Program-made: the position numbers and the translations under genes
Source: a virus
Taxonomy: Duplodnaviria > Caudoviricetes
Length of the DNA stretch: 42,860 nucleotides
Virus record (IMG/VR): IMGVR_UViG_3300027804_000098
Span: 1-42,860 of that record
Strand: one strand, 5' to 3'
Shown: positions 34,411-42,647 of the stretch, in pieces
Position numbering within the stretch: position 1 is the first letter of the stretch
Layout of the letters: every line of letters begins with the position of its first letter
The notes under the pieces: generated by a model
Databases searched by the model: none
Seen by the model: only the letters and a program-made list of their open reading frames with translations
Told to the model about the DNA's origin: nothing

Positions 34411-36885
34411 ATGTCTGAACAGTATCCAGATCTAGGTATAACACAAAAACAAGATGGTGATTACTGGGATGTTGTAATTCCAGACTTAGACTGTAATACT
34501 GATTATGCCCTTCAAGCAGCCTGGGTGTTTAGCGATAAGGCTTTGGGCACAAGTGAATTTTCTGATAGATTTAATTTTAGAACACCAGGGCCATCTAGAG
34601 TTTGCCCAATAAATGTTGTTGCTTCATGGGATGCAAAAGCTGGATTAAACGTAAGCTGGCAAAAAAATGATAACCGTGTAAAAAATTATGTAATTACTCT
34701 TACGGCTGGCGGATACAGAAGGTCCCACCTTGTTTCAGCTTCTGGATCTTCTTTAAACTACTCGTGGGTATTAACAAGAGAAAACAACATATTTCAATTT
34801 GGAGGAGTGTTTAGAAAATCATTTACATCTTTTTCTATCCAAAGCGTTTATGGAGATGGAAGCTCAGATGAATGTCCAGTAACAGTTGCAGAATATGTAG
34901 ACCCAGTATGTTCTCATACAACACTAGCAGCCTCATGGAATGTTGTTAGCCAAAGCAACGGCATACTTGTTTCTTGGCAGGATAGCGCAACGGGATACGG
35001 AACTTATAGAGAAACCAGGGTATATGTTTCAGAAACACCTAGCCCTTATAATTGGGAGCTTAGATATACAGGAATTGGCCCAGCGTCAATAATATTAGAT
35101 ACATTAGCTACGGTTTATGTAAAGCTTAATCACCTATCCTATTCTGAATGCGAATCTCTAGACTCAGACATTAAAGAGGGTAAAGCTTATGACCCTATTG
35201 TTTTTGACGATCTACCACCAGAAAATAATTTTGATTTAGGATCTACAACCGTTGAAGATGACCCTAACGGACTCTTTAACTTCGACAAAAAGATTTTATT
35301 TACCTGGACGCAAAATACAGATACTTCAACCTCTGGGTACAGAATAAGATACAAGACTGCTTCTGATGCTAATTACACATACATGTCTGTTCCAGGAAGA
35401 GCTACAGTATCAACATATTTATATGGATTAAAAGCTGGGCAAACTTATCAAATAGCCGTAACAACATATGATGTTTATGGAAACGATAACTCTGGATATA
35501 AACAATATCCAAACATAGTAATTCCACCCAACACATCATTAAAGACAGATGTTGCAATATCTGCAGGAGACATGAAGCTTGGATATGGAATTGGTGGAGA
35601 CAACTCAAACAAAGGTTTGTATGTAGCGCCAGAAAATTATTGGTACGTTACTGGAAACACAAGCGTTTCTTCCGCAGCAAGATTTAAGGTTGGAGGAGCT
35701 AGCGATTGGCTTTATTGGAATGGAACTAATTTAGAAATAACTGGAAAAATAAATGCTAACGCTGGAGCATTTACTGGATCTGTTGACATAGGAACAGCAC
35801 TAGTGGACGGACAACTCAGAGTAACAACATCTTCTGGAAAATTTGAAATAGGAAAACTAACTAATACTGCTGGAGAAAAAATTGGTGTTGGAATCCAGGG
35901 TACGGATTCAGTTGGAAAACTATTTCAGTTAGACACAGTAAATGGAATTATTGCTAATAAAGGAACAATAGCGGGATGGACAATTGACGATACATCAATT
36001 AACAAGGCTGGCAACGTAGGGTTCTTTGCCACAACGACTCCTTCAGATGTTGCAATTTGGGCTGGAGGATCTAGAACAGTAAGTCCTAATTTCTCAATTA
36101 CATACGCAGGAAAGATGATAGCTAAAGATGCCGTTCTTAAAGGAATGGTACAGGCTGGAGAAGGCGGATTTGGAATACTAATAGCAGATGCAAATACAGC
36201 AACTGGTTATAGAGTTTCTAATGGGTGGACAATTGATTCTGCAAAAATAGTATCTACAAATGCAAGTTCTCAAGTAACACTTGATGGATTGCAGGGCTCA
36301 ATAGTTGGTGGAAATATTGTTGGATCAAATCATTATTTTATGAGCCCATCTGCATGGACAACAGCTTATCCTGGAGAAGGAAGCGGTAACCCTGGTAATG
36401 TTGATTATATATCTTCATCTGGAAACTTCAGGCTTGCAGGCGGAAAATTAACATATGATGGAACAGCGTTTAATGTTCAAACAGATTTAATTGCATCTAA
36501 TATATTTTTAGGAACTGGAACAAGCTTTTCAAATGATTATTTACTAGGTAAAAGTACAACTATTGGTGCCACAACAAAAAGTGCTGGTAGCTTTAGTTTA
36601 GCAGGCGGAATTATGACTTATTCAAATAATATTTTTGAAATAAATCAAGGTAGAAACCCTAATTTTAAAATGTACTTAAATGTTGGTAGTAATTTTGACG
36701 GTACGTTTGGAGACCCAACAGTTGTTCAAGATGTTGAAACGGGAGAGCTTACAAGAGGCAGGTCTTTCTTTTACGGAGGGAATAACTACCCAGGAAGCAC
36801 TACTGATAGAATACAGCATGCAGATGGAGATCAGGGCGGCGGAGCCTTTGTTAAGGGCGATATATGGTTAAGTAGGAAAGCATAA
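34411..36885 (+). CDS. FN3-containing minor tail/fibre protein (start probably ATG 34411)
   Basis: FTWTQNTD..TSGYRIRYK...YGLKAGQTYQIAVTTYDVYGN; GTIAGWTID beta-helix-type motifs; ends KGDIWL. Confidence 0.75.
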   Translation: MSEQYPDLGITQKQDGDYWDVVIPDLDCNTDYALQAAWVFSDKALGTSEFSDRFNFRTPGPSRVCPINVVASWDAKAGLNVSWQKNDNRVKNYVITLTAGGYRRSHLVSASGSSLNYSWVLTRENNIFQFGGVFRKSFTSFSIQSVYGDGSSDECPVTVAEYVDPVCSHTTLAASWNVVSQSNGILVSWQDSATGYGTYRETRVYVSETPSPYNWELRYTGIGPASIILDTLATVYVKLNHLSYSECESLDSDIKEGKAYDPIVFDDLPPENNFDLGSTTVEDDPNGLFNFDKKILFTWTQNTDTSTSGYRIRYKTASDANYTYMSVPGRATVSTYLYGLKAGQTYQIAVTTYDVYGNDNSGYKQYPNIVIPPNTSLKTDVAISAGDMKLGYGIGGDNSNKGLYVAPENYWYVTGNTSVSSAARFKVGGASDWLYWNGTNLEITGKINANAGAFTGSVDIGTALVDGQLRVTTSSGKFEIGKLTNTAGEKIGVGIQGTDSVGKLFQLDTVNGIIANKGTIAGWTIDDTSINKAGNVGFFATTTPSDVAIWAGGSRTVSPNFSITYAGKMIAKDAVLKGMVQAGEGGFGILIADANTATGYRVSNGWTIDSAKIVSTNASSQVTLDGLQGSIVGGNIVGSNHYFMSPSAWTTAYPGEGSGNPGNVDYISSSGNFRLAGGKLTYDGTAFNVQTDLIASNIFLGTGTSFSNDYLLGKSTTIGATTKSAGSFSLAGGIMTYSNNIFEINQGRNPNFKMYLNVGSNFDGTFGDPTVVQDVETGELTRGRSFFYGGNNYPGSTTDRIQHADGDQGGGAFVKGDIWLSRKA

Positions 36886-39800
36886 ATGAGCTGGTGGAGA
36901 AAAGCAAACCTAGACGATGCTGGTAATATTGATGGCTGGATAAAAATAAGAAGCATCTGGAGAAAGACTAATTTAGGTGATGAAGGATCAACAGACGGTT
37001 GGTTAAGAATAAGAAGCGCTTGGAGATTCCAAGGATTAAATGGGTTAGGCGCTGGAATTTGGTATAAAATTTTTGGATCCGAATCTCCTTATCCAAAAGT
37101 AAATCCACAACTTATATTTGTTTCTACAGATTCTAGTACATCTGAAACACAATGTACCCAACAAGATAGAATGTACGTTACAAGAGGAAAATGGTATGAA
37201 GACCCATTATCATTTCTTATTAAAATACAAAGATCTATAATCTCAAATTGGGATGCCCCAACGACATTAATTAGCCAGGAGCTAGAGTACACAACATATC
37301 TAGATTCAGACTATTTAGATGAAGTTCCTAAGTTGCCTGCAGATAGACCAACAATAACGCTAGATGATATCAAAGCCAAAAGAGGATTTAGGGCACAAGT
37401 TCAAGCTGGCCAGGATGCCAATCCTACAGAATCAGATTACGCACTTGCCACCTCATGGTACCCAAGCTCAACAGGAATATTCCCAAGACTAACATTTGGA
37501 TTTACTACATATAGCACAGGAGATCAAATTGTTGAAGATGAAACTCTTAGTATGCCAGAGTTTAAAATATTTGGATTTAAATGGCAGTACCTTACTTCAA
37601 CTGCTGCATCTTATCCAAATGGGCAATACTTCCCATCATCTAGGACAGATGAGTTTATTGCAAAGCAAATAATTGAATTTACTGATTTTTATGGAGTTAG
37701 AATAGGTCAATTGCAAGAAGTTGATGTTTTGCCAAATCACCAATATTTTGGAACAGTAACCTATACTCAAGCAATGATAGATTCTGGCGATGATTACATT
37801 ATAAATGTTTATTCGGTTGCAAATGATTATTATTATAATAGCGGGTTATCTTTAGACGGACACATATCAGATCCAAATGAAACTATACAGATTGCGACCT
37901 ATGTATTTGTGCCACCAAGAGAAATAGAAGATCCCGAGATAACTATATCTAATAGAACTAAAAGCTCTGTAGACATATCTTGGTACTCACCAGATGCTGA
38001 AAGATATAAGGTTGAACTAATTGACTCTATTACGGCGAACTCTTTAGGGGGGTTTCCATTAAATTCAACAGCAACTACATCTTTTAGTCCGTTTGGATTG
38101 AGTGAAAATAGATTATACACTGTCTCAGTAACTGCGCTTGCGGGACAAGATGATAAGTATAAAAGCGATAGGATATCTAAAAGCTTTAGAACACTTTCAA
38201 CTGGAATTGCTGCAACTTTAGGTGATCCATACGACATAACTTCATCTGGCTACAAGGTTAACATAACTAATTGGAGTACAGTAAGCACGTTTGATATAAC
38301 AGTTTCTGCAACAAGCGGAACGGCAACGAGATCTTTGGATGTTATAACCGTAACAGGAGTAACCGCTGGAGCTAATTCATGTTTAACTGCAACAACTTCT
38401 AAAATAGACAATGTAAATTTAACTGCAGTTTCCTATGATTCCGCAACTTCAAGTGCAGTCTGTATAATAATTGGTGGTACTTGGTATTGCTTATCTCTGG
38501 CTACAGGAGGATTTTGTTCTAAATCAACAGAAACATATGATAAATCTATAAATGGTCTTTACTATGCAGTTATATGCTCTCAAACAGATAATTTGTGTTG
38601 CCCATCTGTTGTGCTTGAGCCAAAGGTTTACAGTGAGTGGGTAATTGGGCTTTGTACAACATTCCCACAGGATCCACAGAGACCAAGAACTAGAACCTGG
38701 ACTCAACAACAGAAAACAACTGCTCAAAACTGCGTAGTAACTACTGTTGAGCTATCTGGTTCAGAAACAGAATATATTGACTGTTGCATACCTTCCTCAA
38801 CTCTTGGGGCAAAGACCTATGGAACACCAAATGCCTGGGGAACATGTAATTTAAATACTAGTCAGATTGGAAGAACGATTCCTTGGACGGCAACAAGAAC
38901 TAATTATACTAGGGACTGTACTACAACCACAACACCAGAAAGCGGTTTTGATATTGAGTATAAAGATTGCTGCACGGCAAGTAGTACTACTGGTGAAAAA
39001 ACTTATGGTGCATGGACAGCTTTTGGAAACTGTATCCAAGGTGAACGTGCTAGGTCACGCTCTTGGACGGCAATTCAGACAAACAATACAATTAACTGTA
39101 CAACAACAACTACAGAAGTAAATGGAACAGAGTTTGAGTATACTTCATGCTGCACATCTGGTTGTACGCTAGGTCCAAAAACTTATGGTGCATGGACAGC
39201 CTACGGATCCTGTATCCAGGGAGAACGTGCTAGGTCACGCTCTTGGACGGCAATAAACACATGTATAAACAGCAGTTGTAATGTAACATCTGCAAGCGAG
39301 GTTAGTGGAACAGAGTTTGAATATACTTCATGCTGTGTTAGTTCTTGTACAACTGGAGAAAAAACTTACGGAGCATGGACAGCTTTTGGAAACTGTATTC
39401 AAGGAGAAAGAGCAAGATCTAGATCTTGGACGGCAACACAATCATGCTTTACTACAAGCTGTACCAATACAACTGAAACAGTTAGCGGTACAGATTATGA
39501 GTACACGTCCTGCTGCACGGCAAGTAGTACTACTGGTGAAAAAACTTATGGTGCATGGACAGCTTTTGGAAACTGTATCCAAGGTGAACGTGCTAGGTCA
39601 AGGAGTTGGACTGCAATACAAACCAATATTAATACTAGTTGTAACAGTACTACAACAGAAGTAAGTGGTACAGATTATGAGTACACGTCCTGCTGCACGG
39701 CAGGATGTACAACTAGTACTAAGGATTATAGCGCATGGGGATCATGGGGATCATGCATCCAAGGAGAGCAAGCCAGAATTAGAACATGGACCGCCACCGA

Positions 39801-40581
39801 GACATGTATAAACTCAAGCTGCAATGTTTTGTCTACTAGAGAAGTTAGTGGTAATGAAATAGAATACAGAAACTGTACCACTATCAATACTATCAATACA
39901 ATTAATACAATCAATACAATTAATACCATAAATACAATTAATACTATTAACACTATTAACACTATTAATACTATTAATACAATTAACACTATTAATACTA
40001 TCAATACAATTAACACTATTAATACAATTAACACTATTAATACTATTAACACAATTAACACTATTAATACTATTGATACTGGCGGCGGCGGAGGATGCCA
40101 CGTAGTAGGAACCAAAATTCAAATGTCCGACGGAACCTGGAAAAATATTGAAGATTTGTATATTGGTGATACAGTAATGGCTGCAGATATACCAGGATTA
40201 GCTGACAATGAATTAGATATAACGAATATGAGACTGTGGTCATCAGAAGATATATCTAATACAACAAAAACTTCTGCTATAGTTACAAATGTAATTATAA
40301 GATCTTATGGACAATACTATGTGATTAATGATACAATTAAAATTACATACGAACATATGATTCCAGCGAACCAGCTTGGTATATGGAAGTTTATACCTAT
40401 TTCAGATTTGCAAATAGGAGATAAGTTTATGGATGACAACCTGCAGGTTGTTGAAGTTTATTCAAAAACTTTAGTTGATGAGGAAGTTGATACAGTTTCT
40501 ATTAATATTGAACCGAAGGACGTCTATTTTGCAGAGGGCATTATGGCACACAATATTTCAGAAAAGCAGCAGGTTGAATAA
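36886..40581 (+). CDS. Multidomain appendage protein: Trp-rich N-terminus, FN3, seven TSP1-like Cys repeats, (TIN)21 and a C-terminal Hint domain
   Basis: SVDISWYS...GLSENRLYTVSVTA; KTYGAWTAFGNCIQGERARSRSW repeats; GGGGG-CHVVGTKIQMSDGTWKNIEDL...TYEH...YFAEGIMAHN. Confidence 0.85.
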   Translation: MSWWRKANLDDAGNIDGWIKIRSIWRKTNLGDEGSTDGWLRIRSAWRFQGLNGLGAGIWYKIFGSESPYPKVNPQLIFVSTDSSTSETQCTQQDRMYVTRGKWYEDPLSFLIKIQRSIISNWDAPTTLISQELEYTTYLDSDYLDEVPKLPADRPTITLDDIKAKRGFRAQVQAGQDANPTESDYALATSWYPSSTGIFPRLTFGFTTYSTGDQIVEDETLSMPEFKIFGFKWQYLTSTAASYPNGQYFPSSRTDEFIAKQIIEFTDFYGVRIGQLQEVDVLPNHQYFGTVTYTQAMIDSGDDYIINVYSVANDYYYNSGLSLDGHISDPNETIQIATYVFVPPREIEDPEITISNRTKSSVDISWYSPDAERYKVELIDSITANSLGGFPLNSTATTSFSPFGLSENRLYTVSVTALAGQDDKYKSDRISKSFRTLSTGIAATLGDPYDITSSGYKVNITNWSTVSTFDITVSATSGTATRSLDVITVTGVTAGANSCLTATTSKIDNVNLTAVSYDSATSSAVCIIIGGTWYCLSLATGGFCSKSTETYDKSINGLYYAVICSQTDNLCCPSVVLEPKVYSEWVIGLCTTFPQDPQRPRTRTWTQQQKTTAQNCVVTTVELSGSETEYIDCCIPSSTLGAKTYGTPNAWGTCNLNTSQIGRTIPWTATRTNYTRDCTTTTTPESGFDIEYKDCCTASSTTGEKTYGAWTAFGNCIQGERARSRSWTAIQTNNTINCTTTTTEVNGTEFEYTSCCTSGCTLGPKTYGAWTAYGSCIQGERARSRSWTAINTCINSSCNVTSASEVSGTEFEYTSCCVSSCTTGEKTYGAWTAFGNCIQGERARSRSWTATQSCFTTSCTNTTETVSGTDYEYTSCCTASSTTGEKTYGAWTAFGNCIQGERARSRSWTAIQTNINTSCNSTTTEVSGTDYEYTSCCTAGCTTSTKDYSAWGSWGSCIQGEQARIRTWTATETCINSSCNVLSTREVSGNEIEYRNCTTINTINTINTINTINTINTINTINTINTINTINTINTINTINTINTINTINTINTINTINTINTIDTGGGGGCHVVGTKIQMSDGTWKNIEDLYIGDTVMAADIPGLADNELDITNMRLWSSEDISNTTKTSAIVTNVIIRSYGQYYVINDTIKITYEHMIPANQLGIWKFIPISDLQIGDKFMDDNLQVVEVYSKTLVDEEVDTVSINIEPKDVYFAEGIMAHNISEKQQVE
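38602..39876 (+). repeat. Seven ~180-bp (~60-aa) Cys-rich coding repeats
   Basis: Units are delimited by CC; units 3 and 6 are near-identical in DNA (TGCTGCACGGCAAGTAGTACTACTGGTGAAAAAACTTATGG...). Confidence 0.9.
39880..40068 (+). repeat. 9-bp coding tandem repeat x21 encoding (Thr-Ile-Asn)21
   Basis: ACH ATH AAY units with only synonymous variation, followed by TIDTGGGGG. Confidence 0.95.
40096..40554 (+). other. Hint (Hedgehog/intein-like) autoprocessing domain
   Basis: Cys1, block B T-Y-E-H and terminal His-Asn; the +1 residue is Ile. Confidence 0.85.
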
Positions 40582-41159
40582 TGGTACAAGATTTAGGTAA
40601 TAATATATTCATGTACAAGAATGTTATGGGCTCAGACTTAGATATATTAAAAGAACTTGATTCTATATTTGTCACTTACAATAGAGGATTTGCAGAGTCT
40701 ACAATAAATGATGGTGATTACGATAAAGCTCTTAGGTCCTGCACCGTCTTTTCATTGTATACAAATAAACAAGAAGACGTTGACTACAATAATTTAAAGA
40801 AGATATTAAATAAAAAAATAGATATTGCTGTTTCAAAATGTATATTAGATTTTATTAAAAAGACTGGAATAAAGATTAAAGAAAGAGAACCCTGGGAGGT
40901 ATTAAAATATGAAAAAGACCAGATGGTTACTTGGCATTGTGATGATGGAGAAGTCCACCCCTCAAAAGTATCATTTGTTTATTATATAAACGGTGATTAC
41001 GAGGGGGGAGAAATACAATTTAAAAACAAAGTTTACAGTATTCCAATAAAACCATCTAAGGATAGCCTTATTATTTTCCCTTCTGGTATTGATTACATTC
41101 ATAGAGTTCTTCCAGTAACAGAAGGCACAAAGTACTCAGTTATATCTTTCGGTAAATAG
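40581..41159 (+). CDS. 2OG-Fe(II) oxygenase, P4H-like
   Basis: HCD...YINGDYEGGEIQF...IIFPS...HRVLPV..GTKYS; its start overlaps the stop of the Hint protein (TAATG). Confidence 0.9.
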   Translation: MVQDLGNNIFMYKNVMGSDLDILKELDSIFVTYNRGFAESTINDGDYDKALRSCTVFSLYTNKQEDVDYNNLKKILNKKIDIAVSKCILDFIKKTGIKIKEREPWEVLKYEKDQMVTWHCDDGEVHPSKVSFVYYINGDYEGGEIQFKNKVYSIPIKPSKDSLIIFPSGIDYIHRVLPVTEGTKYSVISFGK

Positions 41160-41170
41160 AGAAAATAGGA

Positions 41171-41199
41171 TAGACAATCTTTTAACTAAATGCTATAAT
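41171..41199 (+). promoter_or_regulatory. Sigma70-type promoter
   Basis: TAGACA-17 bp-TATAAT with extended TG. Confidence 0.65.
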
Positions 41200-41221
41200 A
41201 CTATAATGTTACGGAGATATT

Positions 41222-41455
41222 ATGAATAAATCAGATATGCAAGGAAGCACATACATGGTTCTTGTCAATGGCGAATATGCTGGGTGGTTTAATATCGCTG
41301 GCCCTGGAACTGATCTATTAAGAGCTGGTCTTTCTAGCACACCAATTTTAGTAGATATGGAAGACATTGAAATTGATATTCCAGATTTACCAAAAGCTGG
41401 CGCTAATTATTTTTGGAACGGCCAGTCGTTTGAATTGAGGGAAATAAGTGGCTAG
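41222..41455 (+). CDS. Small WNG-motif protein, similar in motif to 2423..2893
   Basis: AGANYFWNGQSFE; RBS GGAG. Confidence 0.65.
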   Translation: MNKSDMQGSTYMVLVNGEYAGWFNIAGPGTDLLRAGLSSTPILVDMEDIEIDIPDLPKAGANYFWNGQSFELREISG

Positions 41456-41684
41456 TAAATGGGAGCAAGTTAAGAAACTTGTAAATTCCGACGATGTAAA
41501 GCCATGGGATTTTTTAAATCCAAATACGGAATACGTTTCTGAAGAAGATGCAAACTCAAGATATTCCCTGTGCCAAGTCTGTCCAAAATTTAATAATGGA
41601 GTAAAGACGTGCCAGGAATGTGGATGCTTTATGCCAGCTAAAACAAGACTTAAAGGAGCCACTTGCCCTGTAGGTAAATGGTAA
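41448..41684 (+). CDS. Small six-Cys protein, DUF6171-like; paralog of 2886..3128
   Basis: KW...PWD...RYSLCQVCP...CQECGCFM...CPVGKW. Confidence 0.75.
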   Translation: MASKWEQVKKLVNSDDVKPWDFLNPNTEYVSEEDANSRYSLCQVCPKFNNGVKTCQECGCFMPAKTRLKGATCPVGKW

Positions 41685-41693
41685 TGGTATAAT
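41685..41693 (+). promoter_or_regulatory. Extended -10 promoter
   Basis: TGGTATAAT upstream of RBS AGGAGG. Confidence 0.55.
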
Positions 41694-41707
41694 ATAAATA
41701 GGAGGTA

Positions 41708-41932
41708 ATGATGTCAGAATACACACTATCAAATGAAGAAAAAAGCTCTATCATTGAGTCTCACCTAAGAACGCTTGGATACTCTAAGTATAATCTTGAG
41801 ATAAACCTAATGGAAGAAGAGTCGGCGACTGCTCCAGCAGCAGATGCGATTTCAGCTGTCAACGCACAGATAGCTTCAGTTAATAAAAAAATAGCAGCCC
41901 TTGTCGAAGAGCTAGCTTCCCTATCAGAATAA
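41708..41932 (+). CDS. Small coiled-coil hypothetical protein
   Basis: RBS AGGAGG; heptad-like C-terminal half. Confidence 0.65.
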   Translation: MMSEYTLSNEEKSSIIESHLRTLGYSKYNLEINLMEEESATAPAADAISAVNAQIASVNKKIAALVEELASLSE

Positions 41933-41943
41933 GTTAGGAAACA

Positions 41944-42132
41944 ATGTCTTCTAAAGAAGAATTAATTATAACGGCTATGCAGCAAAGAATTGCAGAGCTA
42001 GTTGCTGATTATGAATTAAGAATTTCAATTTTAAGAGCAGACCTAACAATTATGTCAGATGCCCAAAAAGAAAAAGAAAAAGCATTAGAAGAATACTCTA
42101 ATAATATAGAAAGCAAAATCAAGGGGGAATAA
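41944..42132 (+). CDS. Small coiled-coil hypothetical protein
   Basis: 62 aa; RBS AGGA; its stop overlaps the next start. Confidence 0.6.
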   Translation: MSSKEELIITAMQQRIAELVADYELRISILRADLTIMSDAQKEKEKALEEYSNNIESKIKGE

Positions 42133-42551
42133 TGACTGTTGTATTTCAAGATGGAGAACCAGTAGACCCTAAGAAACTTGAGGATCTACAAAAACAAATT
42201 GATGATATTAAGCTTCAATCTGATAAGTCATATAACTTGAGTACAACTACTGCAAACAGCGTAACCCAGCTTTCAGTTATGCATTTAAAGGCTGGAGTAG
42301 TCACGTTTGAAACTGGACTAAAGGCTGGAAGTGATAATAATATTCAAATCGAACTTGGATGGGGAGCAGACTATGAAGTAGCATATGTCGTAGCACAGCC
42401 AAGATTAAAAGATCCAGGCAAAACTAATATAAGATGGGGCATCTCTGGCAATAAGGACGCTACATTTTTAAATGTTTGGAGCGAAAAAGCTACATCAACT
42501 ACAACTCCAATTAATTTTCACTGGATTAGTGCAGGCAGAAAAATTCTTTAA
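42132..42551 (+). CDS. Hypothetical protein with a short coiled coil and a beta-rich C-terminal domain (possible minor fibre)
   Basis: FQDGEPVDPKKLEDL N-terminus; ends INFHWISAG, like fibre-tip domains. Confidence 0.5.
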   Translation: MTVVFQDGEPVDPKKLEDLQKQIDDIKLQSDKSYNLSTTTANSVTQLSVMHLKAGVVTFETGLKAGSDNNIQIELGWGADYEVAYVVAQPRLKDPGKTNIRWGISGNKDATFLNVWSEKATSTTTPINFHWISAGRKIL

Positions 42552-42566
42552 GCAAGTGAATTAGGG

Positions 42567-42594
42567 TTGACAACCCAGAGCAATATGTTACAAT
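42567..42594 (+). promoter_or_regulatory. Sigma70-type promoter for the next (non-structural) module
   Basis: TTGACA-16 bp-TACAAT with extended TG. Confidence 0.65.
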
Positions 42595-42606
42595 TACTAT
42601 AACATT

Positions 42607-42630
42607 AAGCCACGACATCGTGGCTTTTAT
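42607..42630 (+). terminator. Hairpin with a short T-run
   Basis: AAGCCACG-ACAT-CGTGGCTT-TTAT. Confidence 0.5.
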
Positions 42631-42647
42631 ACATATTAAGGGTTTTT

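Noticed and set aside
38602-39876. Diversity-generating retroelement template/variable repeat pair
   Set aside because: The repeats are in-frame tandem domains, differences are not confined to adenines, and no reverse transcriptase is in the window.
39726-40122. Minus-strand (LIV)n and (SIN)n ORFs
   Set aside because: Antisense shadows of the TIN repeat. Variation is fully synonymous in the + frame, which connects to the Hint domain.
40096-40554. Canonical mobile intein
   Set aside because: There is no endonuclease domain, the +1 residue is Ile, and the C-extein is only 8 aa.
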